Source of the DNA: Antedon mediterranea
Lineage: Eukaryota; Animalia; Echinodermata
DNA length: 64,000 nt
Direction of reading: 5' to 3'
Assembly: GCF_964355755.1 (NCBI RefSeq)
Contig: NC_092680.1
Span: 2,356,001 to 2,420,000, forward strand
Under the pieces are notes generated by a model. The model made no database searches. It was not told the origin of the DNA and saw only the letters and a program-made list of their open reading frames with translations. This document shows, piece after piece, positions 13,528-25,333 of this stretch. Within the stretch, counting starts at the first letter, position 1; each line of letters opens with the position of its first letter. A program made the translations under genes and the position numbers.

Positions 13528-13870
13528 AAATCCTTGTACTATATTATAAATAATTATCATACAATGATAAATATATATGACAAAATATCATTGATAAATA
13601 CATAATATATAATATATGATCAATATTAAGGTTGGTTCAAATGCATCACAAACAAGACAATTTCGTGGTTTAAGGAGAATGGTAGCCTTTGTCAATGTCG
13701 ACAGAATGTCTATCTTTACACAAAAAGATGGCTAGCTATATGTTAATTTAACTTGGTTGAAATGTTTAGTAGCGATATCGATGGTTTGTCTAAATTTTAT
13801 GTAAAATAACATCAGATAATAAGGTACTCTTTAAGTTTTAGACACCTTAATAAAATAATATAGTGAAATC

Positions 13871-13935
13871 TAATGTTTTCTGTCCTCGGACATTACACTT
13901 TCCACAATTTGTTTCCAGGTTTATTTGGGGCAGGA
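13871..13935 (-). mobile_element. Second RTE-type 3' stub
   Basis: Near-identical to 7812-7880 (GACATTAC.CTTTCCACAATTTGTTTCCA). Confidence 0.65.
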
Positions 13936-14547
13936 TAGAAATCTTGTATAAAATATATGAATCATTCAAAAAGTATTAGAAAGAAAATTGTCGTAAAGTT
14001 TAAATATAATATATGCAGTTTTGTCATGCATTTTTTTAAACAACAAATCAAATTCAAATCTGTGTATTCATAACAAAAATATAGGAAGTAGATAAGCGTA
14101 AGGAACAAACTTGTCGAAAGGATATTCATTCAAGCGTTGTTGAATAGAGTTTGTCAAAACATGTTTTACGTTACATCGCTTTCAATCTATATGTTCAGTA
14201 GTCAAAACTGAACTTCCAACAACTAAAAAGCAGGAATAACTTAAACCCTCAAAAATGATTATGCATTGCCTCTTTCCATTTGATTTACTTTATCATAATT
14301 TGCTTTTAAATTATAAACACCTACATTACACAGGTGATTAATCATCCAACACCCACTATAAATCCCAGGTACATAAAAATAAAACAGCCCCAGAAGTAAA
14401 GTACCACTAATTGGTTGTTATTTTTTAAATGCTTGACCCATTGTGACCTTAGCATGACCCTTCAAGAACTATACCTAACCCTTGCCTCATGGTGGTCATT
14501 TCCTAACACACTCACCCCATACAGTTGTCTCACTTAATAGTTACCTT

Positions 14548-14847
14548 ATGACCTAGCATTGCAGTCAGCTGGGAAAAGGTCAGCACATTATCCTCTCCTG
14601 GGAAGCAGCTCATCAGCTAGCAATATGGCTATGGTCATTACCGCTTTTATTAGTTACATCAGACTATCTACTATAGGACAGTTAGCAGTCAATCTTACAT
14701 TCACTAAATGGCAATCAGTCATTGTTGATGGCTTCTTTAACCCCAGCGGCCCAAATGACCCCGCTAAACCAGAGGTTAAACCCCAATTTGTTGACCCTAA
14801 ACTAAAGCACTTAGCTTTGCAAAGACTTGTCAATATCTCTATAGTCT
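14548..14847 (+). ncRNA. Candidate structured RNA island
   Basis: ATGACC/GGTCAT, TAGC/GCTA, ATTGC/GCAAT, AGCTG/CAGCT nested (14548-14638). AGACTAT(14661)/ATAGTCT(14841) encloses AGTCATT/GATGGCT, TTTAACC/GGTTAAA, AGCGG/CCGCT. Confidence 0.6.
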
Positions 14848-16162
14848 ATTATAGCATGTACAGAGGCTCATTAACAAACTTTCACTGGTATTGGCCACCC
14901 ATAAATAAAGCTGTTGACAGATACCTGGCAAGATGATGCACCAGGACAAAAGTTGAGGATAAAAATGAAGAGTAAGAATAAACAATCCATCATTTACAAT
15001 TATCTAATGCTTTTTGTAAAATTTGATGAGTGAAATGATGAAAGAACTAAAACAAAACAAATTCAATAACTATACAACATCAAATTAGTTCTTTTTAATA
15101 TTTTGACAGATATCTAATTTAAGTTTTGTAACTGGTATTTCTCTAGTCTAGATATTTACTTTTTCATTTTGATTATTTTTTTCAATTATTTTGTATCTTC
15201 ATTGAGATCTATCCACTGTACTATACTGTTTTTCCATTCTTTAATTTGCTTAAGAACAAATCACAACTTTTCTACATAGTCTGAGCAACAGAAAGACAAC
15301 AATAAGACAACAATTTGTAGCCAGATGCTTTTGGAATAAAAATTGTATTTGCAAGTTGTGACTGAATTGAAAACAAAATAATACACACTTTTTGTTTGAA
15401 ACATCAAAACAAACCAAAAAAATGGTAATTGAAAGTAACAAATGTTATGTTTTACTACTACAAATTTGGAATATCCATTTTAGACAAATATATTTCACAG
15501 ACGAACTCCCAACTAGAAAAGAAAAGGTGAAAAACCCCTTCCATATCCAAAAGAGCATAAAGGAGACACACTACATTGCAATAAATCTATCACTTTACTG
15601 TGAACTGGGGTCAACTTATATCAAGGAAGGGTTTGTATCAAATGTTGTACACTGTCTATAACCTCTTGCGGCAAGGTGGTTGAAATAAACAAATTATACA
15701 AAACTGTCAAACTAATCTACATGTCACAATATATCTTTCAATTATAACAAAAGGAGAAATCACACATCTTGGTACCATTACAAGACATTCCTTGGAATTC
15801 TCTGATTGGTTAGATTTTTGATATGTACAGACTTTATTCAGAAATTAGTTTAATTGTATACTCTGTTAAATAGTTTAAGATTAAAAATAGATTCAAATGC
15901 TGGTTCTAGTCTAACTTCTATCTATGCGATAACAGTGCAACATATAGTAGTATTTCATGAAGTTCTATACAAGATGAATTTATTATTATTAAGGAAACAT
16001 ATTAAAAGAAAAAAGAAGACAAACCTATAAAGAAAACTGAAAAAAGGTGATTCAAACACCATTGCACATTTCCCTGCCAGGACAGTATTCACATGTACCA
16101 TAATGGCGTTATACCAATACCGTAAATAGTCTATCAAAATAATTTGAACATTGAATCCTTAA

Positions 16163-16312
16163 AGCTCTGTTTACACTATAAAACTTTATTTGACAATGAT
16201 CAATCATCAATAAAAATGATGTCATATTAATACCATAATTGGGCTTATCACTACCATATTTGGGCACATCATACTTTTTTTGTCAAACTAGTTTGATAGT
16301 GTAGCCAGAACT
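16163..16312. mobile_element. MITE family A copy 1 (TWA-flanked, Harbinger/Tourist-like)
   Basis: TIR AGCTCTGT(C/T)TACACTATCAAAC.. / ..GTTTGATAGTGTAGACAGAGCT and internal CCATATTTGGGCA repeats, shared with four other copies. Confidence 0.85.
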
Positions 16313-16586
16313 AAGAGTAATGAACAAACATATAAAACAGATTCTGAATTAGCTTTTTTATGTTCTATCTTTGTTATTTGTATACAAACTAAAGGTTAAA
16401 ATCATACTTAGATTAATTGAAAAATCAATAAAATAATTTAGATGTGCAATTTTCTTTGATGCGGTCAAACAATATTGTGGCTGTACACATAATACATTAG
16501 CTGATGTTACGTTGCTTTATTTTACTGCTCCCTAAAGAGATGGAAAGTGCAAAATGTGTACAAACCTCATCAGATATTATAAACGG

Positions 16587-16753
16587 TGTGACTCGTATAA
16601 CATGAAGCGTAGCAGCAAAATAAGTCACAATTGTACTATTTCATGACCTTTTACCAACGATTTGGTCATACTCACGGCAAGCTTCTTGTTTTGTGATTTC
16701 AAGACAAATAACTATCACCGTGGCAAGATCATTACTGAACAATCGTCAGGTCA
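16587..16753 (+). ncRNA. Candidate structured RNA island
   Basis: TGTGACT/AGTCACA hairpin, then five nested helices TGACCT(16644)/AGGTCA(16748), ACGATT/AATCGT, TGGTC/GATCA, CACGG/CCGTG, TTGTTTTG/CAAGACAA. Confidence 0.6.
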
Positions 16754-19700
16754 CAAACTTTTATGTAATCGGATGTCTTTGAAGAAATTACTTATTTATT
16801 TTGCCCGACCTTTGATGGTATAACGAAAAGGGGGAATATACATTAAAAGAATTCAATCAGCATCAGTTCATTAAAATACTCTGTTTGTTCAATTTACAAT
16901 TAAATTAGAAATCAATTTTAAACAAATTGTACTGTAGGTGTAACATTGGTTCAACACAATTAAAATATAATTTACGACAAGCATCAACTAACTACCAATT
17001 ATGTTTTTGAATGAAATGTTTAGCCTACACAATTTTATTAAAGCATCATGAAAGCCGAAATGCAATTTCTAACAAACGAGCACCCTAGGTATTGTAGTCT
17101 GGATAATTAGAGAATTCCAATCTATAGAATGTTCATGGCATTTCAACATAATGACCATATCCAGTAGGATTGGGTGGGTAAAGATTCTCATTCTTATATA
17201 CAATAACATAAAGAGAGAGAGGAGTACAAACTATATGAATGAAAAGAAACATTATTATCATGGGCCAGCCCTAGTTAAAAGTAGAACTTGTCTCACTATA
17301 GGAGCCAGAACAAAGACCCAAATAAGAAATACATAAACAACCAAGTTTATTAAGTATTACTAGACAAAAATATTTATGCCTAAGTAACAATTCTTCTTTA
17401 AAACAAAAATCTTAATCGATATTAACAATATTAACATTTTTTAGGCTTTAATTTGGAATGTAAATAAAGAGGGAGCTGTTTTTAAGAAATCACGAGTTAA
17501 AAAAAGAATTTAAAAAAATTTGTTTTGGTTAAGTCTGATGTTTTTCAAATTTGGAAATGGTAGTTGAGTAACTTCTTCAGTAGTAGTCTGATATGAAATA
17601 CGGTACACTGAGATTTATGTATACCGAGAAAAGAAATCATTTTTAGAATCTTTAAATATTTTTAGGTGGGGCTAGTGGGTAACATATGCAGCATCCTATC
17701 TTCCTAAATAACGCCAACGTAAAATCTAAAACATTTTAAGCATCTTTACGAATTTCCAGGGGGACACCCTTACTTCATTTTCTGCATCAAAGTAAGAGAT
17801 AAGCTTCACATCACAAAGTTATCTATACTGTTCTTAGTCGGTTGCAATTGTTGCATTTCCTATTTATTGATATTATCAAAGTTTCTTAAATGATCATAAA
17901 AAATGTTATATTTACAATGGGTGGTCATATTGCTGATAATATACAATTATGTCACTTTGTCTTTCTCTCACATGACACTATAAAGTATTAAGATGGATAA
18001 TGCAACTTTACAAGAGAGAAATTATTATTATATTACAAAGAATTTTAATATATATTTCTCACAAAATTAGTATGGATATCACTTAAATAGGATGATACAC
18101 CTGCATTGGTACAATGAAGAAATATTGTATTTTAAGAATTATAATGGAAGACAAATGCAGTATATAATGTTCAAACAGAGCTGTCGTGGATGGGGAGGGG
18201 ATGGTTGGGTGCTGTTGGGGAGTGATGGGGTCGGATTGTAATTTGTTATTATGTAAACCTCTAAGCATGTTTATTCATGAAAAGGGTGTTATAATGTGGT
18301 ATATCTGAACTCTTACTATAAGGTTATATTTTGTTAAGATCATCTTGCTCCTTGGAAGTTTATAATTAGTGGCAGATCCAGGATTTAGAAATAAGAGAGG
18401 CTGAGCTTGCCCTTGATAATTTAAGCAACTAATTGACACATTTGTTGGATCCTTTACAGTATTATTATTATTATATTGTGAGAACAAAATATGAGACCAA
18501 AATATAATCAAGGATAACCTATTATCTTCCCAGAGATATTTTGACATTTGTACATTCACTAACACAATAGCTTGAAGAAGTTGATGTTTTGATTGTTTAA
18601 ATCACTACAAATATTGTATTAACATAAACTTAATTCAACAAAAAAAAGTACAGAATTTGAAATACTTTTATGAACTAGTAATACTCTTTAAAAAACACCA
18701 GTAAATATAGATTTGGCCTACTTAAGGTAACCCCATTGTAAGTTTAATAGTATAATGGACTATACAAGTATTCTACTCTTTATTAGCTGTAAGCACATAA
18801 AAGTATATTGGGTAATAAAAAAAAAATGATCAGAAATTCTTCTTGATAATTCATTCTAAAGTTTTTAGGTTGTATGGTAAGGCCTATGGAAAAAAAACCC
18901 TTTAAAAATTACTATATACTAGATTTTAGTAAAAAAATAAATACAATTCTTCTTATACAATCCTAAATGTGATACATCTGAACACATTTCAATTGAAACT
19001 TAAAGAGCATATTTTTTTACCTACCGTACCAAAGTGGAGGAGCTAGGCCTATACTAACTAGTACATTATTGATAGAAAATTTAAATTATGTTTAGGCCTA
19101 CTAACTAAATAAACAACAAACATTCATTTCGCTTTCACTTCCATTTTAAGCGTTATTTCTTTTTTAGATAAATTAAATAAAAGAACATTAAAATAAATAA
19201 AATATGAATACTATTATGCAGATTTTAATGCTTAACATCGCTTTTTTGATTTATGGATCGTATCCATATCACATCCTATTCCTACTTACTGTATGGCGTG
19301 ACCTTTCACCTCCGATGACAGAAACAAAATGACTCCTATAATGGTTTGCATCATTGAGTGTTGATTAAATGTAGGTCAGACAAGTAAAAGGGCACGGCTA
19401 GGTAAACGATGCCAAAATAATTGCTAAGGATCTCAGCAACTTAACTTGTATGTGTGTAATGATGATCATGGCAGGTTGAATCAAATGTCTATTTAACATT
19501 GCAATACAGAAAAAAAAAGACCAACACATCAACATATCTTTTGTATTATTCAGTGAATTCAAATCTGAAAATGTAAAACTCTTCCAAAGAAGAATTTCTT
19601 TTACTCCCTAAAATAAGCAAAATCAGTTTCAGTACATCAAGAATATTGGTACTTTGTCTGTAAATTTTGTTTATTTTGGCTTTATTTTTTCCCTACAAAA

Positions 19701-20292
19701 AATTTGTTAAGCCTATAGCATCATTCTACTGAAGCTGGTTTCTAGTTTAAAAAGGGTACTTCCGGTTTGATCAAAGCTTAAAACCCTGACATCTCCAACC
19801 CCTCCAACACATCCCACCCCAACCCAGGCTTGCGGGCTTGTTTCTTGACCACTGTTTTATATATTAAATATATTATCTCATCTACTATTATACCAGCAAG
19901 TTCAAACTTTTTATCTCCTATATTAAACTTTAAAAAGATATATATAAGGGTAGATAAATTCTCTTATTAATTAGTGTTTGCACTATGACCTTGTTATATA
20001 AATCACTCAATTGGATCTACCCGCTTTATTTCTTTGTTTTTATATTGAAGAAACTAAAGATATATGCAATGACAAAAATGTGAATAGCTACAAATCACAT
20101 AAGCCATAATTTATTCTAGGTTAAATGATATGTGGTAGAAGGGGTTGGGCTCTGGGGTGGGGTTCTTGGGTATGGGAAGTGGGGTGTAGGAGGTGGATGG
20201 CCGCCATATGCTGGGGACCACATATATAACCCCAAGGTTGCCTCACAATGAATTTACAGTATCAAATTTAGGTTTTCTATCCTGCAGTCAAG

Positions 20293-20406
20293 TGGGGGAG
20301 GGGATGGAGGAAAGATAGAGGAGGGAAGATAGAGGAAGGATGGGGGTATATAGAGGGGAGGATGGGAGGGAAGATATAGGGGAGATGGGTGGGCAGGGAA
20401 GAGAGG
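20293..20406 (+). repeat. G/A-rich low-complexity tract
   Basis: Repeated GGAGGGAAGATA(G/T)AG-like units. Confidence 0.8.
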
Positions 20407-20549
20407 TTGAATGCACCCCCTTTTTTAACTGAAGTTCCCTTTATAAATAATAGGTATAGGCCTAAATAGTCCTTGATGATTGTGACAGGCTTGATCTCAG
20501 TATTTAACGAAAAAATATAAGTAAATGTGTCAATGTAGTATTTGGATCT

Positions 20550-20706
20550 GTGGAAGCTAATGACATTCAATGCAATCCTTAGCTTAGCCACCAAGGACCT
20601 TCTATCTGATCTTGTTCAGATTCCTAAGTTTGTTAGTAATCCTCTGATTGGGTGTGTTAAGCCACGTCAAGCGGGGCAAGACCTCCTGGGCTAAGCCACC
20701 TTAGGA
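20550..20706 (+). ncRNA. Candidate structured RNA island
   Basis: GTGG-AAGCTAA/TTAGCTT-CCAC, ATCTGA/TCAGAT, TCCTAAG(20622)/CTTAGGA(20700). Alternative helix GCTTAGCC(20582)/GGCTAAGC(20689). Confidence 0.55.
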
Positions 20707-21764
20707 CTAAGTTTGTAAAATGTTAAAGGCTAATACACTATTAGCATTGTTATCAATTAGTTTAATCTCTGAATAGTAAACTATTGGTTGCAAGTTGTAA
20801 ACTATTCTCCATTCTTGCTACAATCATTGGCACAATTTGTACAATTAAAAAGCCTATATGGACCCATAGCACTATGTTAGCAGCCGATACTCATACAATA
20901 TCACATCTAGTGACATAATAGTAATACATTCGGCAGTATCGCCCCTTACCATAACTCCTAATACTTAACCTAACCCTCTAAATAATCTAAGATGGAGGTT
21001 GCTGTCAGAATCGTTAACGTCGCTAGACATGATACCAGTTAGCAGTAACCAGTTATCTTGGAGACCATTCACTCTTCAGAGCCTGTTCAAATATTGTGCA
21101 TTTACACCATAAAGAATACAATTATCATGCATTAAATGGGTAAAAACATAGCTAATTGTGATCTTTACGCATTAGAAAAAATCCAGGAAATAACATTATT
21201 AAAACAAGTCTATAAATGAAATGAAGAAACAGTCATTAAAAAGGATGAACAAATGAATAAAATAAAAAGATTAAACGATCGAATTAATGTAAAACAATAA
21301 ATAAGTACAATCATTATAAACATGATTTAGATTATCTAGTGAAAAGGTAAGTAGAGTAGGAAGATAGGATCACTTAGGCTATACCCAAGAGAGGACTCTT
21401 CCAACAGGTGCTATGTAGAACTGACATTTGAGAGGAAATTGCAGAGGTTTGTGGGAGAAGTCAAAAGTTTAAATATAATTACAAAGATAAACAGGTAAAT
21501 GCAAAATAAGCATAAACACTAAAATATGATCCACTGATAAACTTTCACCAAAAATAAAGACAATTTTATACGAATTATGTTGGAGATCAACGCATTATTA
21601 GGCCACCCTTCAAATCATAATTATGGAGGTGCTTCATTCCCTTACTGGGTGCTTTACTAGTTTCTAAAATATACAATACCTATATGTTTATTGCTCTTTT
21701 CTCTATTAAATTTCAGTCTTGATATGTCTGATATAATTCAGTGATATTACTTTCTGTTGCTTGT

Positions 21765-21907
21765 CTAGAGTTACATTCCGAAATCTATCGGGATAAAGTT
21801 ATGGCTTTATAACAGACGTATATTGGAGTTATATCAGAGTTAACAACACCAAGGTATAGAGAGTTAACTGACAAGCACTTATGTCTAAACTTAATGCTTA
21901 ACTCTAG
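21765..21907 (+). ncRNA. Candidate multibranch RNA domain
   Basis: Closing helix CTAGAGTTA(21765)/TAACTCTAG(21899) encloses TTCCGA/TCGGGA, ATAAAGT/GCTTTAT, AGTTAAC/GTTAACT, AAGCA/TGCTT. Confidence 0.6.
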
Positions 21908-22031
21908 TGTGTGTGTGAACATGTAAAGCTCAACCAAAGAATGTCACCAAAGAATGGATCGATTAAATGTACACAACAGAGGCCGAGATTGACCAGTACA
22001 CTGGATAAACCTCTAATCTTCCATTCATTGA

Positions 22032-22157
22032 GACCTCCAGTTAAGATTCACTGGGACCTCCAGTTAAGATTCACCAGAACCTCCAGTTAAGATTCACCAG
22101 GACCTCCAGCAAAGATTCACCAGGACCTCCAGTTAAGACTCGCCAGGACCTCCAGTT
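22032..22157. repeat. 23-bp minisatellite, ~5.5 copies
   Basis: Unit GACCTCCAGTTAAGATTCACCAG starts at 22032, 22055, 22078, 22101, 22124 and 22147. Confidence 0.95.
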
Positions 22158-22995
22158 TATCCAAGAAGACTATGATGATTAGAACTTATGGTCAAGGAGA
22201 TCTTGAGCATATTTTATGGCTTTGCTTGACCAATCCAGAATAACTGATATTGCTTTATTTATTTAGAGAAAGATTAGATGGAAAGGGTGGACAAATGACC
22301 AATCCCAAATTTAAATGATTTTGTGTGGTTTCAAAAGAACCTTGTCTGGGAAAAAAATTTGCCAAGACTCTGAAGCAGACTTAAGCAGGTGTTGTAAACA
22401 AAACGAACCTATAATATGACCGCAAGATATAAGAATAATTAATAATTTAAAAAAATTATTAATAACATAGGTATTTTAATTGTCGAAATGTGATCATGGC
22501 AACATAACCATAATCTACAGATAGCAGCAATAGCAACCTATATCAAGCTAGGGCAATGTACTAATTTATTGCTATTTTAATATAATAATTTAAAAATATT
22601 TACATTTTTATAAACCTTTTTCTGATAAGAAAATTAAATTAAACTTTTTTTAGACCAAGGTTACCATTCTTTGTGTATGAAAAATGAAATTTAATTTTTC
22701 AGTACGTATAATGGCAGGAATCACGAATAATGTAATTAATTTTGAAAGAACCTTTGTATTTTCTTGAAGGTCATATGAAGTTTTGCGACATTGCATACTT
22801 GTATGCTCTGCAAAGGTTATATGTCAGTCAAACATTTAATTCTAATAATCTAACAAAAGAACTTTAATTGATAAATCAATAATATTATTCAAAGATTTGA
22901 CCACAAGCCCATATAAATGCAATCTTTAAACTCGCGACCAAAAAAACCGCATGAACAATCGGGGAAAATGCGAAATTTGAGGCTTTCATTTCACT

Positions 22996-23300
22996 TGATC
23001 GACGATTTTGCACCTGAAAATTAATTCCATTCTATATCTAAGGTCACATATTTTATAGTTAAGGTCGATATAATATTTTCCAAGGCTTTTTGTCAAGAAT
23101 AATGTAATTTGTCATCGATTATGTATATTTGACCGACGTAAAATTAAACGACTTGTTAACGGTAAACTTATCGGCTGCCCTCTACGTTTGTCTCAAGTTA
23201 GGGAAAGTACCTAATAAGGAATTTTAATATTTCTTTGATGAGTGACGGCAGGGAGGAGGACTTTAATTCGTTTAAAAATTTAATCAAAATGACGGTCAAA
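22996..23300 (+). ncRNA. Candidate structured RNA island
   Basis: TTTGACCG(23128)/CGGTCAAA(23293), TTAAACGA(23144)/TCGTTTAA(23268), CTGCC/GGCAG nested. Upstream helix TGATCGA/TCGATTA. Confidence 0.55.
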
Positions 23301-24212
23301 GTTCAAGTTGTTTTCACAATGAATATTAATGACAGATGAAGAGTTCATTGCACAATCGCATTCTCGTTCGTTATTGACCGATTCTTAATCGTTGATTTAT
23401 GTTTTGTTTTTCGCTATGTTAAAATCCCTGATAATCATAATTTTTAAACAATTAGTACAAACAATATAATTTAAAAAAATTTTTGATTATAAGAAACATA
23501 TTTTTTCATTACATTAATTGAATATCTGTTCACGATAAAATCGTTGATATTTAAATACTAAACAAATACCAAATCTAATTAACCATATTTTTAGTAAATT
23601 TTTCTTTTTTTTATTAAACAAATTTTTATTTAAAGATATTTATTTTAGCATAAAATTAGTGAAAAACATAACTATTTAATAATTATTTTTTTTTAAATTG
23701 CATGCATGGATGATTTCCATATTGCGCCCTCTATCTTTAATTTAGATTTTGGCCCAATAGTTTTTTTTTATAAGATTACATTCACAAAAACCATAATTTT
23801 AGTCCTACAGGCCATATTTTTCATTATTTTTTAGGCCTTATAGTCATCTTTTACAAATTTGTATACAAAATTATAAATGCTTTAAAAAAAAATATAATTT
23901 TGTTGTTTTTCTTTAACATTTGAATAAATGTAGATATTTCTAGTGACCTTGACAATTTATAGTATTTCTTTTGTAAAATTTATTTGGTTAATTTGAAAAC
24001 TGATCAAATGAATATCATTTACCCAATGATTTTATTGCTAAACAAATCCGACTCTTGGGACTATTATGAGGGCCAAAACGGTACACAGATCTCTCCCCTA
24101 TGTTTAATGATGTATACAATACAATACTGAAAATAGACTATATTAAAAGATTGCTGTTAAATAATACAAAGTGTTGTTGTGAATCTCTCAAATTATTTTA
24201 CTGATGAAATTA

Positions 24213-24339
24213 AGCTATGTCTATACTATCAAACATATGGACATGAAGATGTCATACCTACCATATTTGGGCATATCACTACCCTATTTGGGCACATAAC
24301 ACTTTTTTGTCAAACTAGTTTGATAGTGTAGACAGAGCT
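24213..24339. mobile_element. MITE family A copy 2
   Basis: Same TIRs and internal sequence as 16163 and 30216; flanked by TTA and TAA. Confidence 0.85.
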
Positions 24340-24430
24340 TAACAATTGCGAATGACCCACAAACATGGAAATCTCAAGTAACAAAACCTTTTCAAATCTG
24401 TAATATTTTTGAAAGGTTGAATGAGTAAAA

Positions 24431-24569
24431 AACTCTGTTTACACTATCAAACTACTTTGACAAAAAAGTGTGATGTGCCGAAATATGGTAGTGATATGAC
24501 ATCATCATGTCCATATATGGGCACATCACAGTTCTTTGTCACATAAATTTTGATAGTGTAGACAGAGCT
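24431..24569. mobile_element. MITE family A copy 3 (opposite orientation)
   Basis: Internal sequence is the reverse complement of copies 1, 2 and 4; same TIRs. Confidence 0.85.
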
Positions 24570-25179
24570 TTAGGTCCTATATCTTGGAAATGACTCTCTT
24601 GGTAAAACCATTGATAGAAGTGGAGGATTTCCTAGGTTTTAAGAGATTTATTAAATATTTTACCTTTAGCTAAAAAGGTTGCCAACTATGAGGTGTATGA
24701 TGATACTTATGTAATGCATTATTTGTCCTCAGTTGAGGAGGTTCAGATTAGGTACTCTACAGACCCACAGTGTTGTGCAGTGCCTACCAGCACACCAGGA
24801 TATGATGCCCACATTTGTCAGCATTTAATGTACATTTTATGTACATGGAACAAACAGTACATCCAATCCAAACAATGAGGCAATGAGAGTAAAGCGTTTT
24901 GACGAAAGATACAATCCTTCTCCAGAAAGAAGTTTTTCAGAAATTAATTTTGCAAGACCTATGATTGGGTATAATTAATCCTACTACTGCATTTAGAATA
25001 ATTTATTTAAACATTTGATTATATCTATGTTTATATAATAACTTATGAGCACAATTATACATTATTTATTACTTTTTAATATATACCTAAATAATGTATT
25101 ACAGTAGAGTAACCACTACAGCATAGGCTTTTCCATGTTATACAATTACACAGAAATGAGCAGAGGGTGTAAAGAAAGC

Positions 25180-25333
25180 AGACTAAAAAGCCAGAGCAGA
25201 CTGCCTTCGCAATGTATAATTAACCTATATAGGCACTGAAGCAACGAGCAAGCAAGCTCTGGGTTGGCTGATCTTAATATTGCTAAAAGCCAAAGGTCAA
25301 CATATAGGGTCAAGAGGTCTGTTGGCTTTGTCT
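25180..25333 (+). ncRNA. Candidate multibranch RNA domain
   Basis: AGAC/GTCT, AAAGCCA(25187)/TGGCTTT(25323), CAGAC/GTCTG, CCTATAT(25224)/ATATAGG(25302) nested, with branches GAGC/GCTC and TTGGCT/AGCCAA. Confidence 0.6.

Noticed and set aside
22032-22157. CRISPR-like array
   Set aside because: Contiguous 23-bp units without unique spacers, in a eukaryotic context; an ordinary minisatellite. The same applies to 62385-62716.
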